Positions 17,255 to 25,789 of a stretch of DNA of 32,331 nt are shown here, in pieces. The translations under genes were made by a program, and so were the position numbers. Under the pieces are notes generated by a model. The model was given only the letters and a program-made list of their open reading frames with translations. It had not been told where the DNA came from and did no database searches. Numbering within the stretch: position 1 is the stretch's first letter; each line of letters opens with the position of its first letter. This DNA is from Candidatus Shapirobacteria bacterium (lineage in GTDB: Bacteria > Patescibacteriota > Microgenomatia > PFEM01 > JAPLYW01), in the NCBI GenBank assembly GCA_026395335.1, contig JAPLYW010000005.1, positions 1-32,331 on the forward strand, read 5' to 3'.

Positions 17255-18577
17255 TTAAAAAATTTTACCTTTCTGTTTAATTAACTGCATTAAAGTTTTT
17301 GGAAAACCAAATAAAGAAGGGACAACACCAATTGTTTTATAAATAAAAATGCTAGTAGCAATTAAAACTAAAAATTCTGTAGCTACAGTTATCATCGCCG
17401 CTCCCCAATAAGAAAAATAAGGAATAACAATTAAGTTTAAAACAACATTAAAAACCAAAGCAGAAAAAGCTATAAAAAAATAAGAGTTTTGTTTTTTTAA
17501 ACTAACTAAAGTATAACCGGTTAAATGATTAAAATAAGAAAGAAAAATAGCAAAAGATAAAATCCTTAAAATAGAAATCGTGTCAAAAAATTCTCCAAAA
17601 CGGTTTAGGGTTAAAATCCTAATAATTAATGGGGAACCAAAAAAACCGAATAAAAATATTATTAATCCCATTATCAGTAAAACATCAAAAGATTTTTGAT
17701 AAATAATTTTAAATTTATTACGCCAGTCGTCTTTTGTCGCGTATTGGGAAATAACCGGTAATAAAGAACTCATTAAATAAGCTGCCCCTAAAATTAAAAC
17801 ATCATAAACACGATAAGCGACCGCATAAATTCCAACTGCGTCTGCTCCTTTTAAGTAGCCCAACATTACCGTATCGATTTTATTATCAACCGTAAACATT
17901 AATAATACTGCTCCCATTGGTAGAGACTCAAACAAGAAATTTTTTATAAATTGTCTATCAATTTTGAGATGAAAACGGATTGTCTTAACAGCTAAGAATC
18001 CAACCGTAAAAACCGCAACAATATTAGCTATTAATATCGCTCCGATTAAAGCCATTAAACCTAAATGCATTTTAATAAAAATCCAGGAAATTAGAAAAAC
18101 CAAAGCGCTGGCTAAAATATCAGCTACTGCTAATTTTTGCATCTGCATCTTTGTTTGGAAAATTAAGCCAAAAGAAGCCTTAATCGCAAAAAGGATTAAA
18201 ATTAAAGAACCTAATAAAATCCCCTGACGAATAAGCAGATAATTAGAAATCCCTAGCGGCAGCAAAAAAGCCAATCCAATCATTAAACAGGCTCCAAAAA
18301 AAGCTAGGACTAAACGGATAAAAAAAACATTAACTAAAATTTCATCTTGTTTTTCTTTAACCCTAGAGGCTTCCCTAACCCCAATTGTGGCTGTTCCCCA
18401 ATCAGAAAAAGCACCAAAAATAGTTACTAAAGTTAAAATATACATGTAGTTACCATAACCTTCGCGACCCAAAGAAGAGGTCAATAAAATCATCGTCGCC
18501 AAGCCAAAACAAACAGTAACGATTTTAGTGACTATTTGGATTATGGTATTAAGGGCAACCTTTTGCGAAAGATGCAT
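17255..18577 (-). CDS. Wzx-like polysaccharide flippase
   Basis: Multi-TM protein with KVALNT, LGREGYG, IDTVML, VGIYAVAY, LNLIVIPYFSYWGAA. Confidence 0.9.
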   Translation of the reverse strand: MHLSQKVALNTIIQIVTKIVTVCFGLATMILLTSSLGREGYGNYMYILTLVTIFGAFSDWGTATIGVREASRVKEKQDEILVNVFFIRLVLAFFGACLMIGLAFLLPLGISNYLLIRQGILLGSLILILFAIKASFGLIFQTKMQMQKLAVADILASALVFLISWIFIKMHLGLMALIGAILIANIVAVFTVGFLAVKTIRFHLKIDRQFIKNFLFESLPMGAVLLMFTVDNKIDTVMLGYLKGADAVGIYAVAYRVYDVLILGAAYLMSSLLPVISQYATKDDWRNKFKIIYQKSFDVLLIMGLIIFLFGFFGSPLIIRILTLNRFGEFFDTISILRILSFAIFLSYFNHLTGYTLVSLKKQNSYFFIAFSALVFNVVLNLIVIPYFSYWGAAMITVATEFLVLIATSIFIYKTIGVVPSLFGFPKTLMQLIKQKGKIF

Positions 18578-18597
18578 AAATCAATTATACCCGCTCT

Positions 18598-19878
18598 TTA
18601 ACTTAATTTCGACCAAGACAAACCAAGAACAATAGTTAAAAGAAGCTGATTTTGTTGAAGAGTTAACCAATAATGGTCATTCAGCCCTAAAAACAACACC
18701 GTTGTTAACCCCAATATTAAGACTAGATAAGAAGACAATAAACGACTAAACAATCTACGATAAGTTAAGATTAAAAACCAAACAAAAATAATCAATCCGG
18801 TAAATCCAGTTTCTGCAGCTATAAGAAAATAAATATTATGAACCGGTTGTAGCCAATAAGTAAAACCGACTAAAGACCAATAATCAGGAAGACGAGTAAT
18901 AAAATTATTTAAGCCAACTCCCGACAAAGGAAAATTTCTAATCATTAGTAAAGCTGACTCCATTAATTGTTTTCTTTGGGAAAAAGCTTCATTAGTAGAA
19001 AAATAGGGGACAACAACAATTAATAAACAGCTAAAAAGAAAAAATAAAGAAGAAATAAAAAAAAGCTTTTTCTTTTGAAAATGATTTTTATGAATTATAA
19101 AATAAAAAACGGCCATTAAACTCAAAAACCAAACCGAGCGAGAGAAACTAACAATTATGGTTAATCCCCCTAAAATAAAAGCCAAGTATTTAATCGACTT
19201 GATTACTTTATTTTTTCCCACCGACCAATTACTTAATAAAATTAAACTTACTAGAAGAAAACCAGCCAAAGCATTAGGATGAGCAAAAATCCCATAAGGC
19301 CGCAAAACTAACCGACCATTAAGAATAGTTTTAGCAATTCCCGGAGTAGCTAAATCAAAAGTTCGTTCTCCCAACCACCAGAAAATACCGTTTAAAGAAC
19401 CTTGTTTTAAAAACTGGCCTAAAGCAATTAAAGAAGAATAGACTACTGCCCCGGCAAGTGGATACTGGATATAAGGAAACCTTGTTTCTCGAAGCTCGAA
19501 ATTAGATACTGGATACTGATTCTTAGCGATATAAAATCCAAGCAGGGTAAACTCAACGATTTTGGCAAATTTATAAAAGGCTACCCCTTGGTTTTGAGCT
19601 AAAAAAGCATTGACCAAAAGAAAAACAAAAATTGTAAAAACCCACCAGCAGCTCCTTAATATCTTACGTATTACATATCTCTTATCACGTATCCCCCAAA
19701 CCCACAAGAATAAAATTAAAAAAACTAAAATGTCGGTTAAATAAAGAGTAGGAGATAAATAATCAACTTTTAAACCTAAAACATAACTCCAATTTGGCCA
19801 AAAATGTTTTCCTAGCTGAAAAGGTAAAAGCAGTATTAATAACCAAAAAAAATTCTGATGAAGCTTTTTTTTAAACAT
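18598..19878 (-). CDS. O-antigen ligase/polymerase (Wzy_C) family membrane protein
   Basis: RPYGIFAHPNALAGFL, SFSRS, PLSGVGLNNF, PVHNIYFLIAAETG. Confidence 0.88.
   Translation of the reverse strand: MFKKKLHQNFFWLLILLLPFQLGKHFWPNWSYVLGLKVDYLSPTLYLTDILVFLILFLWVWGIRDKRYVIRKILRSCWWVFTIFVFLLVNAFLAQNQGVAFYKFAKIVEFTLLGFYIAKNQYPVSNFELRETRFPYIQYPLAGAVVYSSLIALGQFLKQGSLNGIFWWLGERTFDLATPGIAKTILNGRLVLRPYGIFAHPNALAGFLLVSLILLSNWSVGKNKVIKSIKYLAFILGGLTIIVSFSRSVWFLSLMAVFYFIIHKNHFQKKKLFFISSLFFLFSCLLIVVVPYFSTNEAFSQRKQLMESALLMIRNFPLSGVGLNNFITRLPDYWSLVGFTYWLQPVHNIYFLIAAETGFTGLIIFVWFLILTYRRLFSRLLSSYLVLILGLTTVLFLGLNDHYWLTLQQNQLLLTIVLGLSWSKLS
19469..19502 (+). repeat. Dispersed element, copy 4: 'empty' form lacking the central hairpin, antisense within the CDS
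   Basis: ATATAAGGA|AACCTTGTTTCTCGAAGCTCGAAAT aligns to copy 1 ATATAAGGA[CCTGTCGAAACGACAG]AACCTTGTTTTTCGGAGACTCAAAAT. Flanked by GATACTG heptamers. Confidence 0.75.
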
Positions 19879-19899
19879 AGCAAAAAACAGGGGACAGTT

Positions 19900-20352
19900 T
19901 TAAGCTTTCCGTTTAATAACGACATGTCTTTGTTCGCCTTCACCTTCAGAAACTGTTTCAACTTCTGAATGATTGGCTAAAACTAAATGGACAATTCTTC
20001 TTTCAAAAGAAGACATCGGAGGTAAAATTTGGCTTTGACCGGAAACTTTAACTTTTTCTGCCATATTCATCGTCATTCTTTCTAAAACCTCTTTTCTTTT
20101 TTCCCGATAGTCCTCAACATCAACTAAAATCCTTACCCATTCTCCTAATTTTTTAAAAGCTATCATTGTTATCATTTGCTGCAGAGCAGCCAACGCTTGA
20201 CCATGATAGCCAATCAAAACCCCTGGTTCATCAGTTTTAAATTGGATAATAAAAACATCTTCTTCTTTTTTAATAGTGAAATTAACTTTCATTTGAAGAA
20301 GATCAAATAGTTCTTGAGTTATTTCTTTAAGAATTTTATCTTGTTTATCCAT
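19900..20352 (-). CDS. jag: Jag/KhpB/EloR RNA-binding protein (KH + R3H, no Jag_N domain)
   Basis: GVLIGYHGQALAALQ, DVEDYRE, PPMSSFERRIVH, SEGEGEQRHVVI; follows yidC. Confidence 0.9.
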   Translation of the reverse strand: MDKQDKILKEITQELFDLLQMKVNFTIKKEEDVFIIQFKTDEPGVLIGYHGQALAALQQMITMIAFKKLGEWVRILVDVEDYREKRKEVLERMTMNMAEKVKVSGQSQILPPMSSFERRIVHLVLANHSEVETVSEGEGEQRHVVIKRKA

Positions 20353-21131
20353 GGTTTTAGACCTCCCCAACCACTAATATAATATTGTTGGACAACAGTT
20401 GATAGAGAAAAAATAAACCAATAAAGGACTAGACCTGAAGGAAAAGTAAAGCCGATAAAAATAGTCATTAAAGGAAAAAGATAAAGCATTTGTCGTTGCA
20501 TAGAAGTAGCCATGTCATCAGTTTTTGTTTCTGTTTTTTCCGCCTCTTTTTGGAGATTGGCTACTTCCGGCATCATCATTTTTGAAGAAATAAACTGAGA
20601 AAGGGCCGCTAAGATTAAGAATAGTCCGGGTAAAGGAAAGGAAAGACCATTTAAATGAAAAACATCAGGAGTAGCTAAGTTAAGATACCAAAATCGAGTA
20701 TTAATTATTGTCCCTTCAGCTAATTTTAAAGAAGGATATAAAATTTGATTTAATCTCGCGATTACATCACCATTCGACCGCAAAACTCCGATAAAAGCCT
20801 GATATAAGGCAATTAAAATAATTAACTGAACAATTTGCGGCAAACAACCGGCAGCCGGATTAGCCCCATGCTGACGATAAAGTTCCATTTGAGCTTGCGC
20901 TAACTTTTTCTTATCATCGGCGTATTTCTTTTTTAATTTTTCCAACTCCGGCGCTAATTCTTTTATTTTCTGAGCGGCTCTCATAGAAGGAAGAGTTAAA
21001 GGCACTAAAAGACCTCTAATAATTAGAGTTAAGACGATAATTGCCAACCCAAAATTATGAAAAAGAATTTCATAAAAAAAGATTAAAGCATTTACAATTG
21101 GATGATAAAGTAATGTTCCCCAGAGTGACAT
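20319..21131 (-). CDS. yidC: Membrane protein insertase YidC
   Basis: NFGLAIIVLTLIIR, ELYRQHGANPAAGCLP, FPSGLVLYW. Confidence 0.96.
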   Translation of the reverse strand: MSLWGTLLYHPIVNALIFFYEILFHNFGLAIIVLTLIIRGLLVPLTLPSMRAAQKIKELAPELEKLKKKYADDKKKLAQAQMELYRQHGANPAAGCLPQIVQLIILIALYQAFIGVLRSNGDVIARLNQILYPSLKLAEGTIINTRFWYLNLATPDVFHLNGLSFPLPGLFLILAALSQFISSKMMMPEVANLQKEAEKTETKTDDMATSMQRQMLYLFPLMTIFIGFTFPSGLVLYWFIFSLSTVVQQYYISGWGGLKPWINKIKFLKK

Positions 21132-21133
21132 AA

Positions 21134-21367
21134 TTATTTTTTCTTTTTTTTGAGTGGTAGAGAATCAAGGCCACCTTTTGACCAAGGATGACAGCGGCTA
21201 ATTCTTTTTAATCCCAACCAACTTCCTCGAATTATACCATAATAATTAATTGCTTGATAAGTGTATTCTGAACAGGTTGGTTGGAAACGGCAAGATTGAT
21301 GCCAGAAAATTAAAAAGGGTGTTTTTTTCTGATAAAACCGAATTAAAGATAAAACACTTTTCTTCAT
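21134..21367 (-). CDS. yidD: Membrane protein insertion efficiency factor YidD
   Basis: [10 protein letters not shown]...[14 protein letters not shown]. Confidence 0.96.
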   Translation of the reverse strand: MKKSVLSLIRFYQKKTPFLIFWHQSCRFQPTCSEYTYQAINYYGIIRGSWLGLKRISRCHPWSKGGLDSLPLKKKKK

Positions 21368-21376
21368 TTAAGAAAA

Positions 21377-21742
21377 TTAAGAAATAAGCTTCGCTTTCTG
21401 AAGAATTAATCTAACCTCCTCTTTAACTTGAAAGTAATTTACTTCAGTCATTAATTTTTTTACTAAAAAAACACCATCAAAGTTTTTTTTAGTTTCATTT
21501 TTCAAAGACCAAATAACCTCTGATAGCCAACGCCGTAAACGATTACGAATAACCGCTTTTTTACTCACTTTATTGGAAATAATAAAAGCAAATCTTGAAG
21601 CTTGATTTATATCAGTTTCAATTCCATTAGAAATTTGCGGAGCAACCAATAAACCGAACAGACTCCCTTGAATAAGTTTTCCTTCTTTTTTAATACGATT
21701 AAATTCTGTTCGAAGAGGCAACCGATATTTTTTCGGAAGCAT
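21377..21742 (-). CDS. rnpA: Ribonuclease P protein component
   Basis: MLPKKYRL, FIISNKVSKKAVIRNRLRR; conserved synteny. Confidence 0.95.
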   Translation of the reverse strand: MLPKKYRLPLRTEFNRIKKEGKLIQGSLFGLLVAPQISNGIETDINQASRFAFIISNKVSKKAVIRNRLRRWLSEVIWSLKNETKKNFDGVFLVKKLMTEVNYFQVKEEVRLILQKAKLIS

Positions 21743-21751
21743 ATAATAAAT

Positions 21752-21892
21752 TTAAAGAGTTAATTTTTTACGTCCCTGCAACCTTCGACGTTTGATAACT
21801 TTACGACCATCATGGCTTGCCATTTTCTTAAGAAAACCGTGTTTACGGACTCTTTTGAGTTTTTTTGGTTGATAAGTTCTTTTAGTCGCCAT
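21752..21892 (-). CDS. rpmH: 50S ribosomal protein bL34
   Basis: [24 protein letters not shown]...[10 protein letters not shown]; start reassigned to ATG at 21892. Confidence 0.97.
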   Translation of the reverse strand: MATKRTYQPKKLKRVRKHGFLKKMASHDGRKVIKRRRLQGRKKLTL

Positions 21893-21942
21893 TGAGTTAA
21901 GAATACATAAAAAAAAATTCAAAAACAAGAGGAAAATTATCA

Positions 21943-21972
21943 TTGACAAATTGTGGATAACCTTGTTAAATT
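21943..21972 (+). promoter_or_regulatory. dnaA promoter with an embedded DnaA box
   Basis: TTGACA (21943-21948) and TG-T-TAAATT (21964-21972), with a perfect DnaA box TGTGGATAA (21952-21960) in the spacer. Confidence 0.75.
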
Positions 21973-22006
21973 AAATTATTATCTTCTGCCCTACTTTCAA
22001 ATTACC

Positions 22007-23383
22007 ATGGATAAAGAAAAGATTTGGTCCAATGTCTTGGAAAATTTAAAATTGACTCTTTCTTCGGCCAATTTTGCCACTTGGTTTAACCGTACTTTTA
22101 TTACCGAAATTAAAGAAATTGACGAAATCAGACAAATTACAGAGATTGGTTGCCCTTCCTCTTTTATCAGCAGCACTGTAGAAAATCGTTATTATGCCCT
22201 AATTAAAGAAGCCATAGATCAAATTACTAAAAAGAAAAATGATTTGGTTTTTGTGGTTAAACAAAGTAAAGAACCTCTAAATAAAAACCCAAAGTTAGCC
22301 AACGAACCTCTTTTCAAAGAAATAAAAGAAGAAAAAACCGAAATGGAAAATGCTTTAAAAAAAATCGGTTTAAAAGCGGATTTTACTTTTGATAGTTTTG
22401 CGGTTTCTTCATCAAATCAAATGGCCCATGCTGCTGCTTTAGCTGTCGCTCAAACACCAGCCAAAGCCTACAATCCTTTGTTTCTTTATGGTGGAGTAGG
22501 GGTGGGTAAAACTCATTTGATACAGGCCATCGCTCATGAAATTCTTAAAAAAAATAACCAGGCAAAAATTATTTATTGTATGGGCGAAGAATTTACTAAT
22601 GAAATTATTAATGCTATCCGCGAAAAAGCCACTAAAGAATTTAAGGAAAAATACCGTTCTACTCATTTATTAATGGTTGATGATATTCAATTTATCGCTG
22701 GTAAAAATACAGTTCAGGAAGAATTTTTTCATACTTTCAATGCTATCTGGCGGGCTGGTGGACAAATTGTTTTGACTTCTGACCGCCGCCCGGAAGAAAT
22801 TAGTAAATTAGAGGACCGTTTACGTTCGCGTTTTGAAGGAGGATTAATTATTGATATTCAACCGCCGGATTTTGAGCTAAGAACGGCTATCCTTTTAATT
22901 AAAGCCCAACAAAAAAATATTCAACTTCCCATGGATGCAGCCCAACTAATTGCCAGTAATATTACTTCTATCCGTAAAATGGAAGGTTTCCTTACCCGTT
23001 TAATCAGTGAAGTTCAAACTAAAAAAGTAACGATTAATCCTGATTTAATTACGGCTATTTTAGGCCAGACAAATGGTTTAATTAATCCGCAAAAATTAGT
23101 TAAGCCTAAAGAAGTTTTAAGTACAGTCGCTAATTTTTATAATCTCAGAATAGCAGATCTTACTAATCAAAAAAGGGATAAAAAAATAGTTGTTCCTAGA
23201 CAAATTAGTATGTACCTTTTACGTAATGATTTAAAAATAGCCTTAATGGATATCGGCCGCTTTTTAGGAGATAGGGACCATACTACAATAATGCATGGTG
23301 TGGAAAAAATTACTAGACTTTTACCTGACTCTGAGGATTTGCGTGTTGATATTATGGGGATAAGAAAAAAACTTTATGGATAA
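22007..23383 (+). CDS. dnaA: Chromosomal replication initiator DnaA
   Basis: YNPLFLYGGVGVGKTHL, DDIQF, QEEFFHTFN, RLRSRFEGG, RDHTTIMHG. ATG at 22007 is preferred to GTG at 21953. Confidence 0.99.
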   Translation: MDKEKIWSNVLENLKLTLSSANFATWFNRTFITEIKEIDEIRQITEIGCPSSFISSTVENRYYALIKEAIDQITKKKNDLVFVVKQSKEPLNKNPKLANEPLFKEIKEEKTEMENALKKIGLKADFTFDSFAVSSSNQMAHAAALAVAQTPAKAYNPLFLYGGVGVGKTHLIQAIAHEILKKNNQAKIIYCMGEEFTNEIINAIREKATKEFKEKYRSTHLLMVDDIQFIAGKNTVQEEFFHTFNAIWRAGGQIVLTSDRRPEEISKLEDRLRSRFEGGLIIDIQPPDFELRTAILLIKAQQKNIQLPMDAAQLIASNITSIRKMEGFLTRLISEVQTKKVTINPDLITAILGQTNGLINPQKLVKPKEVLSTVANFYNLRIADLTNQKRDKKIVVPRQISMYLLRNDLKIALMDIGRFLGDRDHTTIMHGVEKITRLLPDSEDLRVDIMGIRKKLYG

Positions 23384-23520
23384 GAATTTAAAGTTTTACA
23401 CTTATCCACAATTAATTTAAAGTTATCAACTGGTTTTTAAACAGAAATAAAACCCAAAAGGCGTAATTAAAAAAGATGAATTATTCACTTATCCACAAGA
23501 CTACTAATACTACTATTTTA
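23355..23520. other. Replication origin oriC (DnaA boxes and DnaA-trios)
   Basis: Perfect TTATCCACA at 23402 and 23489, an overlapping degenerate TTATTCACT at 23481, one-mismatch reverse boxes at 23355 and 23375, then ACTACTAATACTACTATT (23500-23517). Confidence 0.88.
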
Positions 23521-23531
23521 AACATAAAAGG

Positions 23532-23560
23532 TTGATAGAAGTAATTTTGTAGGATACAAT
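23532..23560 (+). promoter_or_regulatory. Sigma70 promoter of dnaN
   Basis: TTGATA, 17 bp, TACAAT. Confidence 0.65.
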
Positions 23561-23578
23561 TATTATATAATAATAAAA

Positions 23579-23610
23579 TAAGAACCTGTCGAAACGACAG
23601 AACCTTGTTT
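23579..23610 (+). repeat. Dispersed hairpin element, copy 3 (dnaN leader)
   Basis: TAAGAACCTGTCGAAACGACAGAACCTTGTTT, ending 16 nt before the dnaN ATG. Confidence 0.95.
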
Positions 23611-23626
23611 TTTTGTAAACAAAAAA

Positions 23627-24751
23627 ATGAAAGTCTATATTCTTCAAGAAAATCTTACTAAAGGCTTAACTGCTGTTAATCGTTTTATTACTACTAAAAC
23701 ACAATTACCGATTTTAAATAATATTTTAATTAAAACTGATCAGGGTAGATTAAAACTTTCCGCTACTAATTTAGAAACTGGTATTAATTTTTGGTTGGGG
23801 GCTAAAATAGAAAAAGAAGGTGAGGTTTGTATCCCCGCAAAAACATTAGCGGAATATATTACTTCTTTACCGGCTGATAAAATTGATTTAGAAGTGGAAA
23901 ATAATCTTTTAAAAATTCATTCCGGCTCTTATCAGGCTCAATTTTTAACTTCACCCTCGGTTGAATTTCCTGAAATTCCCACTTTAGAAAAAAAACCGGA
24001 AATTAATTTAAGTTTTAAAGATTTATCTTTAGCCATTAACCAAGTAGCTTTTGCCGCTACTCAAGATGAAGGCCGCCCGGTTTTAACTGGAGTTTTATTA
24101 AAGGTTAAAAAGCAAAGTTTGTTTTTAGTGGCAACCGATGGTTATCGTTTAAGTGTTAAAGAAATTAAGGATTTGAAAGAAATTGAAAAAATAAAAGAAA
24201 CAGAAGAACTTTTAATTCCTGCTAGAGCCTTAATAGAGGTAGGAAAAGTTATGAGTAGTAATAATTCTGAAAATAATTTAGGATTAACAATTACTCCTAA
24301 AAATAATCAAATTATTTTTTCTAATTCGGAGGTGGAAATTATTTCAAGATTAATTGAAGGAAAATTTCCTGATTTTGAGAAGATTATTCCGGAGAAAGGT
24401 AAAACAAAGATTGTTATAGAAACAGAGAGTCTGTTACAAGCAGTGCGTACGACCTCAATTTTCGCCCGAGAAGCCGCCAATATTATAAAAATGGAGGTTA
24501 GTGACTCTAAGATAGAAATTAGCGCCAATAATCCCCAAATGGGTGAGAACAAAATTAAACTAGAAGCTAAAACTGAAGGTGAAGGCGGGAAAATTGCTTT
24601 TAATTCCCGTTATTTAATTGATTTTCTTAATTCTACGAAATCAGATTTAATTAATTTACAAATTAATGACGCTTTAAGCCCTGGAGTTTTTTCTCCAGTA
24701 GATGATCCTTCTTATCTTCATGTGATCATGCCGATAAGGTTGCAGGAATAA
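23627..24751 (+). CDS. dnaN: DNA polymerase III beta clamp
   Basis: LPILNNILI, SATNLE, RPVLTGV, VATDGYRLS, SRLIEGKFPDF, IAFNSRYL, VIMPIR. Confidence 0.99.
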   Translation: MKVYILQENLTKGLTAVNRFITTKTQLPILNNILIKTDQGRLKLSATNLETGINFWLGAKIEKEGEVCIPAKTLAEYITSLPADKIDLEVENNLLKIHSGSYQAQFLTSPSVEFPEIPTLEKKPEINLSFKDLSLAINQVAFAATQDEGRPVLTGVLLKVKKQSLFLVATDGYRLSVKEIKDLKEIEKIKETEELLIPARALIEVGKVMSSNNSENNLGLTITPKNNQIIFSNSEVEIISRLIEGKFPDFEKIIPEKGKTKIVIETESLLQAVRTTSIFAREAANIIKMEVSDSKIEISANNPQMGENKIKLEAKTEGEGGKIAFNSRYLIDFLNSTKSDLINLQINDALSPGVFSPVDDPSYLHVIMPIRLQE

Positions 24752-25783
24752 TTATTGTAGGAGGTATTCGTCTTTAACAGCAGGAAGATAAATACCAACT
24801 TCGGCAGTTCGACCGTCATTTAAATTAGCTGTTCCAGTTATAAAGAAAATTGGCTGAAGATAACTTTGAAAAGCTTGACTTTTTATATAGGTAAGGTTGA
24901 TTTTATCTAAATTAATACCAGTAATATTTTCTATTTCACTAGTAGTAGTGTAATAATTAGGAATATTAAAATAATTAATAAAATTGATTGATTTAAGTTT
25001 TTTAAGAATTTCTTGACTTGTTTTTAAAGGGTAATTACTTATCTTTTTTATTTCTTTAAAAGAAGGTTGATAATCAAGTTTAATAATATTTTTATCTAAA
25101 TCCATTATTAAACTTATTTTAGCTTCTAATAATTCTTTATTTTCAATTTGATAGATAAAATCTACTTCAACAGCATTAGCTTTTTCAGGAGAATTTAATC
25201 GTTCAAATTCCACTTCTCCGATTTGAAGATAATATTTATCTTTAGTGATTAGACTGACGCCTTCTGGAGGATAAAATTGGTTATTAGATAGGAATTTTTT
25301 AGCTGTTTCTTCCGTATCTAATAAATCTGGGATAGAATTATTTTTATTAGTTTTAAGTTTTAATTGGTTTAATTGATAGGTAATTTCTCTAGTTGAAAGA
25401 TTGATTGAAAGATATTTTTCTTCAGTTGACCATTCATAAAAAATATTATTGGTTCTTTGATCATTATAAACTTTAGGCTGGTCTGTAAGATTAAATTTTT
25501 GAGCAATTAAAATAGCTTCTTGGTCGGATAAAGAGGGGTCTTTCACTTCATAAACAATTTCTTCTTTCTTTAAATTTTGAAGATTTTTCTCTAAAGAAGA
25601 AAAATCGATTGATGTTTTAATATTATAAAAATCAAAGGTTGGCTGTGGAATAGATAATAGATCTGATTTTATTTTTATACCATTAATCTTATTTATAAAA
25701 TAAAAAACGATTAAAAAACTAGCGATTAAAGAAAGTAAGATAAAGAGCCAATATTTTTTTAAAAAGTTTTTTGTTGAATTCAT
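24752..25783 (-). CDS. Hypothetical membrane-anchored extracellular protein
   Basis: 343-aa ORF with an N-terminal TM segment and C-terminal YLQPIFFITG; last gene of the T4SS-like run. Confidence 0.75.
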   Translation of the reverse strand: MNSTKNFLKKYWLFILLSLIASFLIVFYFINKINGIKIKSDLLSIPQPTFDFYNIKTSIDFSSLEKNLQNLKKEEIVYEVKDPSLSDQEAILIAQKFNLTDQPKVYNDQRTNNIFYEWSTEEKYLSINLSTREITYQLNQLKLKTNKNNSIPDLLDTEETAKKFLSNNQFYPPEGVSLITKDKYYLQIGEVEFERLNSPEKANAVEVDFIYQIENKELLEAKISLIMDLDKNIIKLDYQPSFKEIKKISNYPLKTSQEILKKLKSINFINYFNIPNYYTTTSEIENITGINLDKINLTYIKSQAFQSYLQPIFFITGTANLNDGRTAEVGIYLPAVKDEYLLQ

Positions 25784-25789
25784 TTTAAA

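Noticed and set aside
1631-23610. The 32-bp hairpin repeat as a CRISPR repeat
   Set aside because: Copies are kilobases apart on different strands, with no spacers and no cas genes.
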